Under the pieces are notes generated by a model, which was given only the letters and a program-made list of their open reading frames with translations, was not told the DNA's origin and searched no databases. The translations under genes were made by a program, and so were the position numbers. Shown in pieces: positions 39,401 through 53,300 of a stretch of 64,000 bases of DNA (position 1 is the first letter of the stretch; each line of letters begins with the position of its first letter). Origin of the DNA: Antedon mediterranea (Eukaryota > Animalia > Echinodermata); NCBI RefSeq assembly GCF_964355755.1, contig NC_092670.1:12820795-12884794 (forward strand). Reading direction: 5' to 3'.

Positions 39401-41442
39401 TATTAATAAAATATGCCATTTTTATATTTGAATTATCATTATTTGCCTGCCATCTTCTGTCATTAAAAATTGCGTTAATCTATAGAATATTAAATTATGC
39501 ATTTGACCATGTATGTTGTTAGCGTGGCCGGTGTTCAGACATACAACAATCGTGTTTTTTAATATATGGCTAAGCAGTGGTTTCTTCATAAATCTCCTTA
39601 ATTATCGATGTGATTATATTTAAACTGTAGTGCCTGGTGATTGGCTAGGGGTTATGTCATCCACATCACATCCAATCACCGGGCCTAATTGAATGAAAAC
39701 AGCGATCCCTGATCCGGGATTGGCTGGCTATGTATAGTTGCGATTCGTTACCTAGCGGTCGTTTTGAAAAGTACACGCAGGGCAAACTTGATCACGAACA
39801 AACGAAGTAGGCCTACCTATTATTATTATTCACACAAGAAGTAAGACAACGGTGAGTATTTAAGATTAGCCTAGGCCTACCTAGGCAGTATCAATGTCGG
39901 CAAATCATAGGGTTTACTAGCCCAGTTTAGCCTAGTTAGTACAAGGCCTGGGCCTAGCTAGGCTAGCATTCTTGCTGATTTTGTAATTTTACAACAAATG
40001 AGACAACTAATAGTTATTGTCTCAGATGTAGGGCTACTACAGGTCATAAAATGCTACTTTAATCATCATAAAAAAATCATTAGCGTAGATCAATCGCGGC
40101 AGAAACCAACATAGTCAATAGTTGACCATCTACAAACATCATGCCACCAAAGAACGCGCGAAAGAAGCGTAGTAGCCAACAAGGTTAAATGTCGTTGCAC
40201 ATGTGCAGTAAACAATATATTAGGCACGCGACCGTTTCGTTGTTACCATGCGGTTAATTAAACTGTAACATTGTGGGCGGTCCGCGGTCTGTCGGCGAGA
40301 GTCAAGGAACCCTTGATCTCACGTCGATGCATATCCTTCTATTCTTTAATCCATGACTATACCTGCCAACTCTCGCGCACAATGGACAAGTCTCATGCAC
40401 AAGGGCCAATTTGTTATGCCTCAAGCGTACGTGGCTATTTCTCACGCATCCATAAAATATTCAGAAAAAACATTTTTAATTTAATGTCTCGCGCATTGGC
40501 CACTGTAAAAGTTAGCAGGTATACCAATTAACTTACTGCACGTCAAAAAATATTTATTTAATTTTCTCTCACCTTTGTGAATCACGAAAAACAAACTTGC
40601 GGAGCTTCAAATCACGAAGTACAACACCTAAACTGTGACAGTGCGCTACAGCTGCGACGATCTGCTTAAAATATTGCTTTGCTTCGTCCTCTGGTAGCTT
40701 TCGGTTGCTACGGACATGCGAGTGCATGTCCCCGTAGCCACGTTCAAAGAATGCGTAAGCGTATGAATCTCCTAGTAATATTTCTAGCACCTGGTTAATG
40801 TTTTCATGTTGTCCTACGTGAAAATTAGCTTTTAATACTTCTTGGTATTTCCGAATGTCTATTGCCTGAGAATGAAAAATAAACACGCAATTTTTACTGC
40901 TATACCGTTACATTTATAGTTCACTACTACTGTCAAAACGATAAATTATAATGTTAATTCATTTCATGTGACACTGACAGATCTTTTCAGTTACAATCTG
41001 TAATGATTTTCTCCTAGCAGTTTTCATTTGCATACAACATTAACATTTGTACTTAAATTTGAATATGAATAATCTCAACGACAGGTCCAAAACTTAAAAT
41101 TGTGAAATGACGATAATGGAGTTATGTTGCAAATAGTTTAAAAGGATGAATTCATAAATGTTATTAATATTATTTTACATAAAAACATACCTTGCACACA
41201 CATTCTTCTAAGGTTAGACTGTTTACGGCTTTGAACAGCTTACTATCCACTTCGTCCAGTAAAACATAGTTCCCAACTTTACAAACTACATTCGGTTGCT
41301 GTGGCGTAAAATTTGGTGGTGTTGGCGCTGATAAGTTCGGACTAAGAGAAGCGGTAAAATCTCCAGGTGAATCTACAACATGGCTATACGCCTTGTTATT
41401 ATCGCTTTGGATTGCAATTGGTTGAGATCTTTGAACGCTCAT
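36491..41442 (-). CDS. TRIB2: Tribbles pseudokinase, ~336 aa
   Basis: Exons 41442-41191, 40865-40573, 36956-36491. Motifs [25 protein letters not shown]-binding ILDHPWF and COP1-binding DQLVPD. Probably the single pro-orthologue of TRIB1/2/3. Confidence 0.95.
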
Positions 41443-44400
41443 TTGGAATCAAGGGTTTTATATTGTTTTGTAATAAAAAAATTTTAAAACAAAACAAAAC
41501 CTTTAAATTTCTAGGTATTTTTAAATGTGTTCACTCAGCTGCTGTGATACTGTTCCTTCCTTATTATAATTAAAATTATATATTATATCAGGTGACAAAT
41601 TTTAGCAGTTTTATTCTTTACTAGAATAATTAGTCTTTGGTATAAAAAAGTATGTACAATGACAAAGTCTTCTTAGAAATATTAAACAATAACATCGGTC
41701 CCTGAGACAAAAACATTAAAATCTCGCAAAAGATAGTTCATTCATAAAATATGACGAAACAACTGAACTGATGTTGAACTAATATTGCTGAAAATCAAAC
41801 TTATCTTCGTATAATTTGATTAACAAATGTCGATAAAACTATTTACACTGTTTAGCCTTCAACTAAGGTTCATTTAAAATAAAATAATTTTCCTATTTTA
41901 TTTAATTTGACTGACGAAAACCTCTTTCACGCCCTTGATGTTTACGTTGATGTATGTTGGTGGGGCGGCGGTTCTTTAGCGGCACGGTTGCTGTTCAAGG
42001 TGGAGTCGACTTCGCAGAATCACCAAGTATTTTACTTACAATTTGTGTTATTACTTCAAGGTAGATTTGCTCTTGTCTGCTTGGATACTAGCCTAGTTGT
42101 TGATGTTTTGAACAATTTCCACCTATCTGCCCGCTAAAGGGGACGGATTTACCGTCAGTCTTTCTCGCTAGTTGCGAGAGTTTTCTGTTTCGCAACGATT
42201 GCAGGCCATTTTGCAACGTGTGAGTGTGTCATGAATGAGTACAATGTCTTTCATATACCACTTCTACAAATCTGTTTACTTGTATTAATACGCGCCAGGT
42301 TATAGTATTTCGCAATAAATTCTTACTTATAAATTATGATATTTTATCATATTATATATAAAGCAACTATTCATAAAATATATTTAAAAACCTATATCAA
42401 ATAATTTCTTGTCTTAGTTAAATATGTGCATAAAACAACACAAACTAAATGGGGACTATGTTTTTCATTAAGATTGTAAATTGGCTAGACACAACAAAAA
42501 ATTGGCAATGGAATATTTCGGGATGTTGCAATCTTAAAAATGACGCAAGCGAGGCCGGTCTCAGTTTACCAAATATGGGCATTCAACTTCCATATTTGGT
42601 AATGTAATCGTGACCTAATGACGGGCGTATCCAATCATCACGTTCCAATGTAAATGCGGATATCGTACGGTTTTTCATTGTTTACAGTATTTTGTGTGTG
42701 TAGCTAGCTGCTGATACGACGACGATGAATCAGGCAGGAATTTAGTGACGTAAATTTAGAGGAAACCGCATGCAAACGATCAAAAGAACAGAAGGGATTT
42801 TGCGGGACGGTTACCCTCTTTCTAACATCATCATTCTTTTGTCTTCGTCGTTCAGAATATTTGGCTAGCCTATTTATTTATAATATACGTCAACCGGTGT
42901 ACCTACCATTTATAGGTACCTAGCCATAAGCCTAGGCCTATTGATATTTGTCATGAGCTTTGCACAAATCAACATTAATAGTAATAATACATAGTTTTAG
43001 GCCTATTTCAGCCCCCAGTAATTAAATTCATCAATCAACCAGGGAGACCCTGGCTATATTAATTTCTGCATAGGCATGTGCATTCCTCCTAGGCCTATCT
43101 TATTGCTGGAAGATAAAAATAAAAACATCATAAAAAAACAAGCGATTTTATATAATTTACATACCAATTTCGTTTATTAAAATCACGATTGAAAGGCGGT
43201 CTGAATATCACACGCGCGCGACTCATCACGTACACGGATATGTAAAACGCATTGATAACAAACAAAAATCAAAAGATATTCCATAATAATATGAAACACT
43301 GATCCATTTAAAAAATGTAAAATCTGCTTTTTAAAATTTACCATTAATTTTATTCTATACTATACGTACGCGCGCACTTCCTCGTCGCGATCGATCGAAT
43401 TGACGTTTCATTCATGTGCGAGAGGAAGATCGGCGCGCGGCGCAAATACGATGCACCAAGTGGGCGTACAGTATTATTATATCAAAAGATTGTATAATTA
43501 TTTATTATGGACATGATTTGAATAGCGGCGCTATACAATATTTGCTTTTATAATGATAGAAAATTACAATACTGTATTGTAATTTTGCATCTTCAATACT
43601 ATTTTTGTTAAAAACCCTATTATTAACCGGCTAATTGTCATCGCAAAAAAGTCTAAAATTGCAATGAAAATAGAACATAACATTTATTTAACAGCAGTAC
43701 TTAGAATCTCCAACTTGCACGATTGTAAATGGTCTACAAATTGTGTTTGTGTAGAAGAAGAAGCTGCGTGAGCATTTAAAAAAGTGGTCTGCTGTCCTCT
43801 ATTTTTTTAGTCGCTATTTAACATCGGTCTCTGAATTGCCTTTTTTTAGGCTTATGATAACTTAACAGATAGTAATACAGTACTAGTACAATACCGTATA
43901 TGCATTATTAGCATTAATGGCATATAAATACAACATTTTATCTATCTAAACTCCTCTATAAAAGGCACTAATATTATTTGGCATGCATAGAAAGTACATA
44001 CATATTTTTTAAAAGTAAAGTTTACCTATATAATAAACTACAAGGATTCCTTAAACAAAAAAAGGGTTATCTATACTATCAAAAAAAGTGTGATGTGGCC
44101 AAATATGGTAATAATATGACATCATCATGTCCATATATGGGCACATCACATTTTTTTAAACAATTGATAGTGTAGACAGGGCTTTAAAACTAAGATGTAT
44201 CTAATCTAATACAACAAACTTAAATATATTTTACTTGATAAAACCAATTGACTAAAATTAGCCTCCGATTGCTCTTGGTCTATGTTTTTAATGGCTAAGC
44301 CTAACCTACCATTACTGAACAATTTATTTTATGTTACCATTTTCAAAAATACCTGTTAAGCTCTGTCTACACTATCAAACTTTATGTGACAAGAAATGTG

Positions 44401-44742
44401 ATGTGCCCATATATGGACATGTCATATCACTACCATATTTCACACTATTTTTTGTCAAACAAGTTTGATAGTGTAGAAAGAGTTTTAAAAGCAATTTATT
44501 GTAGTAAATCTAACTGGTAAAACCAGTAAGAACACTGAATATACATGCTATACTAATACAAATACTTTCTGAAACTAAAACCACAACTAGGCATAATATC
44601 AAAATCAACGTAATACTATGTAGAAAATAAATATTATGGATTGTTTATTTATTTCCGTCATGGCCAATGTATTAATTTTCATATTTTTTCAGGTGTATAA
44701 ACTTTCTTTGGCGTAAAATTCTTTTTATTCTTGACATAAACT

Positions 44743-47700
44743 CTAAGGCACTCTATGACGATTTTTTCGCTGTATCATCAATCGTAATTCTTTATCTTCA
44801 TTTAAGTCTTCCATTTTCAAAGGGTTCTGGTTTCCACATCCACATACTGGACACCTGCAAAGAGACAGGAAACTTAATAGTTATTTTATCAGTGAATTTA
44901 TGACCTCTCTGTGACCCGATTGTAATGTAAACAATATGGCCAAGAATGATTGAATAACTGTAAACATAGCGTTTGGACGTCGCAATGAATTTTTGTTTAA
45001 TAATTACATTTGCCATAATCCCATTACAAATTACCTTTTTAACATACCAAAATGGCTAAAGGAGTGAGTAAGTGGTCTTGCTAGAGATAGAGTAACACAT
45101 TGAACCAAGATGAATTTCTTAGATTCTTTTAAAAACACTTTTTCTAATCAATTCAGAGAAAAGTACCAAAAAGCCAATTTATTTAGATTGTGGTTTACCA
45201 TCTCCACATATAAATACGTCTATATTTTCTGGGAAGTGCATTCATATGGCAAACCTGGACGAAATGACCCACCATAGACATTCTCCCAGGCGAAAGCCTG
45301 TTTCATAGACATATAGATCTAGTAGGCCTAGCATGTAAAAAAATCACTTTAATTTGGAATTTCAAAACTTTATACAGTTCAAATCAGATTGTATACAAAT
45401 GCCTATCAAGAAAAATTGTTTGTTCTTTCTGAATTATTATTACTTAGGTAATAAATAAGAAAGAAATACTGTACTACTATAAGGAATAAATACTACTACA
45501 CTCCGAGTTCATAAGTTCTAATAAACGCAGCATTATATAGAGTACAGTACTTACATAACCTTTCTCCTAGAAGTCCTAATATAGTTGCTAATGGCTGCTT
45601 TCTCGTAGCTGTGTCCGCAGTGCTTGTTTTTCATTGGTTCCGTCATCTCAGACTGTGTTATTGGACATTTGAGACTGATCTCCATTTGTGTCATCACAAA
45701 CTCCTGGCTATCTTCAAATTCAGTTTCTGATTGAGATGGTTGGTATACAGAACCTATAAAACCAATGAATACATAGTAATAAGTCAACTGTCCCAATACA
45801 GGACACCATGTTACAGGCCAGAAAAACCAGTAATATTTCACAGAAAATGTTTGATGGGCAGTAACACTTAATTATATAGGCTCAATAAAATATGGGTTAA
45901 AGGACAAAATAAAAAATAAAGCCTTCTTTACGCTGATCCAGAGAGAATGAAAGAGGAAGAGAACGGAAAGAGAATGACGGGAATGAAGGAGAAAGAAAAT
46001 AAATGGGGAAGGAAATGAGAAGAAGAGAATAAACAGAATGGAGGAAGAAATAGAAGAAGGAAGAGAATAGACAGAATGAAATAAGTTTAAAAACTCTCTT
46101 TATATATTTGGTAAAATCAACTGGGGTAGGGCAAAACATTTTGAACAAGTCAACTTTTTTCAAATACAATTAAAATAGGAACACTGAATGTAAATCTTTA
46201 TATAAGGTTTAATTCTCTGTATACTTCATTGCTTTATCATATTTTAGACATAGCGATTTTTATCAAAAATACCAGTATTATCTATAATATAACATTATTG
46301 AATGACCTGTGCAGTGGGTTGTCCCCCAAAAAAAAAAGAAAACAAGGCCATATACATGGCTGCAGTCGCTTGCGCAAATTTGAGTTAGTGTTTACCAACC
46401 GGCATAGTGAGCTGTAGAGTAGCCTAACAATAGGAACACTTGTTTACCTGGGTTTTGTACCTGCCAAATTTGCTTCTGCATATCCTGGTAATGATCATGT
46501 TCCTCTAGAGGCGTCTTGTTGTCCTCTGCTTCAAGTTCCTTTACGGTACTCTCTAACATTTTAATAACACTTACTTCTGAAGAGCCAATATTAGAGTCAT
46601 TGGCAACCTTAATATATGAAAGATTGTCATCAAAATGTTATAAATAATTATCATAATTATAATCTTATTATTTAAAATGTCATATACAAATTAATAGCTA
46701 TAATATAGAGACAACACATTTCTTGGAAAGTAAAATTAGAATGTTTTAAGCCGGAGGAGATTGTAGCCTGCATTCATATTAGACTTAGCCCTGGCTAATC
46801 AATTTTGCAGGAAAGATATGTTGTCCTGAAAATGTATTGGTTCGAATGCCACTTTAATGGATTGTCCCATATTAGTTCACTTTGATCAACAATTGGATGG
46901 AAAAAAAATATTTACCTAAAAAAAATGTAATTTAAAGCAAAACATTGTCAACTGGCTGTCAGCCAATAGGTGTTGAATTTAACCATTTGTCTTTTCATAA
47001 GAGAAAACATTGTTTTTTTATATTAAAACTACAAAATGGCTAATCTTCAGTTTTCATGTTTTTGGGGGACAATACATCTTTAATATTTAGGGTCAGTGTG
47101 ATCAAGGCTTAAGCTATAATATGTTATATTTTACGACTTTCAACCCTGTTAATGGTGACGTTTGGTCACTGTAGGGTGATGATGAAATAAAATTAAAAAA
47201 AAGCTAACCATTACTGGATCCATTGGTTGCTATACATTATTTACAATGGTAAACTACACACCTGTTGTCTTACTGTATCAACTGCTTGTTTAAACTGATC
47301 CAAACTTCTCTCTAGAGCTATCATCTCAAGCATTGTGTTTTCCATCTCTTTCAACTGTTCTGATTTGCCTGTTAAAATAATCAATGCAAAATTAAATAAA
47401 TAGTTTTGGCAACAGAATCATTTCTCCCAGTACAGCAGTAAATTCAAATAATATTTTTAATCAATTCAAAGAAGCATAATTAATTGTTAAGGATCCCACA
47501 AGTATGTAAGCGCAATGCAAGTAGTTGACCAATCAGGACGCAATCATCATCCATTGCATCATGATTGGGCAAATTAATTTGTTGCTAATGTGTGACGCAC
47601 CTCTAGTAAACATTGAACAACCGGTTGCGCGAGGTAGTTTGTGATGTGTTTAAAACGTGCAAATCTGTTAAAATGCATCACACTTGGGGGTTGGAACATT

Positions 47701-47933
47701 ACACTAACACAGTACATGAATTAATGATGCTAGTCAGATTTTTTACCATTCATTGCGCAATATCATTGCCTAAAAAAAAGAAGATAATTAATTAATCAGA
47801 CTATACCATCATACTCTACCAGGTCCAGTGCTACCTCTATAGTGTTCTGCATCCCAGATGGTATCATTTCTTTGGTTCTATTCAGTTGAGACATGGTAGA
47901 ATCTAAAACTGCAAAATGTGCTTGACTAGACAT
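44743..47933 (-). CDS. NSMCE2: E3 SUMO ligase NSE2/Mms21 of the SMC5/6 complex, ~234 aa
   Basis: Exons 47933-47807, 47368-47262, 46607-46448, 45753-45555, 44854-44743, in phase. Helical N-terminus followed by the SP-RING CPITQSEMTEPMKNKHCGHSYEK...CPVCGC. Confidence 0.92.
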
Positions 47934-48699
47934 TGTTGTTCTGGATTTCAGATTATTACTGTAAAAAAACAAAATTTTTATTAATTAATTATTATTATAG
48001 CATATCTTTATTATATTAATATATTATTATAATTATTATAGCATATAATCTGATATATGATTGAAAGTAAAATTAAAAAACCTAGGCCTAGGCCAAGCTA
48101 CTATAGGCCTACTAGGCCTAAACATAAATAAATGTAGGGCCTAGCCTTATTTTATTAAATTATCATTTGTTTTTTTAGATAGGAAGCCTTTTTAATTTAT
48201 TCTCTGAAAAAAGGCCTAAAAATAAATAATCAATAAATTATAGCAAGAGAAATGGATGGATAAGCCGTGGCTCATATATAGGGCTTCTAACCTAGACTTG
48301 TCTTGGCTAACGTATCTAGTTATCTAGGCAGGATGGCTTTTAGGGATGCTTCTCCGGGGATAGTAGGATGTAGGCTAGCCTGGCCTCTAGGCCTATAACC
48401 ACCTCTACTCTAGTCTAGACTAGCCTAGCCTCTAGCCTCTCCTAGCTAGTGTAGTAGGCCTATCTAGGCCTAGCCTAGCTAGGCTAGGTGGGCTAAAATA
48501 AAAAGGTACTAGCCTAGGCCTATCTATAGGGCCAGGCTACTGCCTGCACTAGACCGGTTGTTGGATTATTCATAAACTCCTTATCATTAAAAACTAATGA
48601 AATGAGGTGTAACATGATTAGGAGAAAAAGTAAAACAGAACACGTCGGTCAACCTTTTTTAGCAAAACACCGCAATTCGTCAAAATGTTTTTTTTCCAT

Positions 48700-50060
48700 C
48701 ATAAAATTTTGTTTGGCGCGTTAAACTAACGCCATCTACGGCCATTTTAACTTTCAACTTTGTAAAACTTAACCATGGAGAAAAAATAAACATGGATTGT
48801 TGTTGTCTCTATCTCGGGGGCCGGTGCAATATTTCAAATTTTGGGTTATGTAACAATCATTATATGGATGGATTCGATTCAAATACACTCCTACACTAAC
48901 TGTAGTAGGATACTGCAATGATAATTCCAAAAAATAAAAAACTGTAATACCATTTAGGATCGGAGAATAATAATTATTATAATAAATAGAGGACTTTTGG
49001 GATTTAAATTAAATTTAGGGGGATCGGAACAGACGATCGGGAGTAGTACGAACGATCACTCCAAGACGATCGTCCGTGGTCCCGACCCTCTGACAACGCA
49101 TAACAATAACATTAAAAAGTTGCAATCAATAATAAAACGGTATTAATAATAAGTACACACCGATTATTATTATTATGGTTTAGTCGAAACGACGGAAAAA
49201 AAATACAACACCAGACTAATTAATAACTTTTTATTCTGAAAAAGCATTTATTGGTTTCAAATTTTAATTTAAATATTATAAATTATTTAAATATTAATCA
49301 TCTAAGCGTAAAATTAATGTTAGTTTTATTCTTGAAGCTGAAATCAACTTCATTTGATCATCTTGTTTTTACTTTAGGCCTATGCACGATAAACAACAAA
49401 AGATAAAACCAAAAAAATTAGAACATGAGTTTTAATTCAAAGTTTAACCGTTTATCACTATTTTCGATGAATAATAATTGCATTGACGATTAAATGACGT
49501 CGTTATCAGTAATGCTGTAACAATTAGAAATTAAATTCAGTTTGTTGTATTGACCGCTGGACTGCGAGAAATGAGTATGTTGCTCAATTGATTACATTTT
49601 ATTCATTGAATATTTGATTTGATAGACACAGAGAACCGTAATTGCGAGTCAGGGGCGAATCTAATCAAGTGACGTCATGAGTTTTTAAGTAAATCGATTT
49701 AAATAATTAAAATTATCCACAATTAAAAAGCGAGAAAAGTCGTCAATACGAATAAAGTTTGATAAAGAAAATACATCTTTGATCCAAATTGTTAAGGACC
49801 AAAATGGAAATATATTATTTAACTTTCTTTGGTTATCCTGGTTCAATATTAGTTTCGTTTATTATTGTTCCATTGTGCCATTTTATTCATGTTATGTTTT
49901 TTGAAATGAACCAAATAAATAAAATCAAATCCGGCGCCCTCTATCATCTCAAAAGAAGAAAAGGGGGAGGAGGAAGAAATTAAAATCCAAAAGTTGTGTT
50001 TGTTGTTGTTTTTTGTTGTTCGTCGGCGGTCGGTATCTCGTGCGTTGTGTCAAACATCAC
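48700..50060. promoter_or_regulatory. Divergent promoter region between NSMCE2 and the SLC6 gene
   Basis: E2F-like TTTGGCGCG (~48712), CTCF-like CGCCATCTAC (~48730) and GGCGCCCTCTA (~49933), and a full CRE TGACGTCA at 49670-49677. Confidence 0.45.
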
Positions 50061-50386
50061 TTTCGATAAGTTCAATAATAGTACTGTGCTTAGGTCATAT
50101 GAGATCCGCACAATCTAGTATGGATAGCTTTCAGTTCGTGTATATATATACAAAGAATTGTAATTAAACTTATGCTGCTATTTAATTCTCTCTCTTTAAT
50201 TCTAGCTAGGCCTCCTCTTGCTCTTTGATTGCTGTGTGTGTCGACTCGAGTGTGAGGGGGTACTCTGCGCGTTTTTTAAACATTTTCCACCACACGACGT
50301 GGGCTAAAGTTGGCCTAGTCTTCTACTCCTTGCCTGTATTTGTATATCAAGTGTCAACTGTTGTATTAGGTCAATGATAAAATAAA

Positions 50387-53300
50387 ATGGACGATTCGAC
50401 AACAATGCAGGTAAATAGTAAAAATATTTTTTTTCAACTTATAACTAGCTAGGGCCTAGCTGGCTAAGGCTACTACTACTACTAGGCCTACGCGAGTACT
50501 AGCTAGTGTATACTAGTAATTATTAGTAGGCCTAAATAAGTGTATAGCCTTGTAGTACTTCTACTGTATAGGCCAGTAAGTATTATTTATAATAATTAAT
50601 ATATTCATTCAGCAAGCAAGTAAAGAAAAAAAAGAAATTTCAATCAATGCTTTTTTTGTTTCTACATTCTATTGAAAAATGTAGTTCAAAGAAAAAGTTA
50701 TTATAAATGATGATGTACCTACCATTCGACCAGTAATTTTGCATATAGACTTCACAACACATGAAGATAAAAACTTTAATTATACACTATTTTTTATATT
50801 TTATAATTAAATACTATACATTAGGCCTATTCCTTTTAAACAGACTTCACCACCACCAGGTACTTTTAAGTCTAAAGTGGGACTTGTATTATCATGCGTT
50901 GGTTGTATGGTTGGAACTGGAAACATATGGCGTTTTCCACGGATTGTTGCAAACAATAGTGGAGATGAAGGTAATATTTAATTTCTGCACAGTGCATCAA
51001 TTCTATACCTAAATACCTAATATTAGCCTCATAAGGGTCCTCATCATTAAAAGATGCCACTGAATGTGAAGAGACAACTGTAAAAGTAAAGGACAATTTT
51101 TAGAATTGTTTTTTAGTTTTTGGAACTTTTTTAGAATGACCTCAAAGTGGGGAACAGGAGGTTGATTTGCAGCAATTATTAACATACTTGTTTGTATATG
51201 TTTCAAATATCAATTTCTTTTCTCCTTTCCTCAAGTGTGTGCAGTTTTATTTCTGTTTGAAAAAGTCTTCCTACTTGCACCTTTTCTAATTTAGTGATAG
51301 TGTTTTGTATGTGATGAGCTTCCATATAATGAAGCCATACTCAAGTCTTCAACTCTCTTTTGCGATTGTAACACTGTGTTTCCGCAGCCATAACACAAAT
51401 TATCGGTGAATTTTTTTTTTAGCAATGAGATACTGTAATTAATACAAAATCAAGTTGAATGAAATTGGTTAAAGCTCAGGTACAGGCATGAATTTTAAAT
51501 ATAATATTTGGTTAATTGTACATAAATCAAATATTTGTAATAGCCTCACTATTTACAAAATTTGTGTACAAAAGAATAGAGATTTTACTGTGTAATTTGA
51601 ACTATCCCCGCACTGATAAAAAAATGCTTATTTTCAACAAACTCGTGTAACACAAATAAAATCTAAAAAAATTATGAAACATAGGGGAAACTATAGATCG
51701 ATAATTATTGGAATGTATGATCAATAGAAATTTTTTGCCCGCACCTGGCCTTTAAACCCTTACTGTTTTCAGAGAACCTTTAATCGTTAAATTATCGGCG
51801 AATTATTTTTTAAAGCAATGAGATACTGTAGTCAATAAAAAATCAAGTTGAATGAAATTAGCTAAACCCTTTACTGTTTTCAGAGAACCTTTAATTGTTA
51901 ATTATCAGTTTTTTAAATTAAATTTTGGCTCATTGAATTCTAATTTATGATAAAATAAATATTGCATTAATTGTATATTATACAAAGCTAATTATAATTT
52001 CATTCAATTCTATCTACGTTTGCATATTTTATTAATTTATGCCCCTTTTGTATAAATAATAAAATGTTTACTTTCCAAATAAAGTTAATTTTATCTGAAA
52101 ACTACTGTACCGGTACAGTATATTAAAATTTTGACATTTTCTAAAATGGATTCATAATTCTGTAAGCATTAATATATTATACAATTTACATAAATGCATT
52201 TAATTCTTGGGTGAGATTACTATACTACTGAACTATGACCTCCAGATCAATCAATCTTCCTCTGATGGCTAAAGCTCTGTCTACTGATGTACACTATCAA
52301 ACTAGTTTGACAAAAAAAGTTTAATGTGCCCAAATATGGTGGGGATGCCTAAATATGTTAGTGATGACATCATCATGGGCACATCACACTTTTTGTGTCA
52401 TATAAAGTTTGATAGGGTAGACAGCTTAAGGTTAGATTCGAGCCCAAGTGCGGTTAGTTATAAATTGACCATCTTTTTTGTGCAGTAAAGTAGGCTGTGG
52501 TTCAAGTCTCAATCCTAAAAAGTTTCCTGTTTTACTTTTTCCTAAGTACAGAAGAAAGTACAATTTTTGAATAGATCCTAATAAATTTTTGTATAACTGG
52601 AAAATTATTACCTTTTTATTGAACCTTTGTGACATTTTGTTGACAAACTACTGTGTGGAATGATCTATACAGCGCTACACAGCGTCTCCAAGACCATTCT
52701 AAATAGTTTGTATTGTTCTTTTAATACTGTAAATTGTACTTAAAAGGTAGAGTAGGGCAAAACATACTGACCAATTATAAATGTATTAATTATTTACTGT
52801 AGTCATAGTGCAGCCAGATTTGCTAATAATATCAAGCATTTTATGATACCATAAAACTTGAAACTTAACATCATAAAGAATTAATGTACATTAAAACAGT
52901 TAAAAACAAGACAAAACAAATCTGGATTTGAAGGGTCTAGATGGGAATTAATAAAGAAGTGGAGCTGTAGCTTGGTGGTTAACACACTTGTCTTCTAATC
53001 CCAACGTCCAGGGTTTAATCATGACCTAGTGTCAGGGTTGTAACTCCTACTATTTCAACTCCACTCCCTAAGTCTCAAATAAGACTTAGTTTATAATATA
53101 AGCAAGATAAATTATAAAATAAAATAGTTTATCCATCCTGTAATTGGCGAGTTGCTCGCTGTTGGATGCAAAAAAAAAAAATTATTTTAGAAATATAATA
53201 TATTATTTTTAAACAATTGGAATGGAGTTGTGTGGATTCTATGTACATTAAAATAGATTGAACCTGCAGCGCCACAAGACTGGGATTTTTAGACTTGAAC

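Noticed and set aside
45935-46085. Long purine tract and hydrophobic ORF 45897-46169
   Set aside because: Low-complexity NSMCE2 intron sequence.
52961-53030. tRNA-Gly gene
   Set aside because: Cloverleaf stems are degenerate and followed by a SINE body and A-tail.
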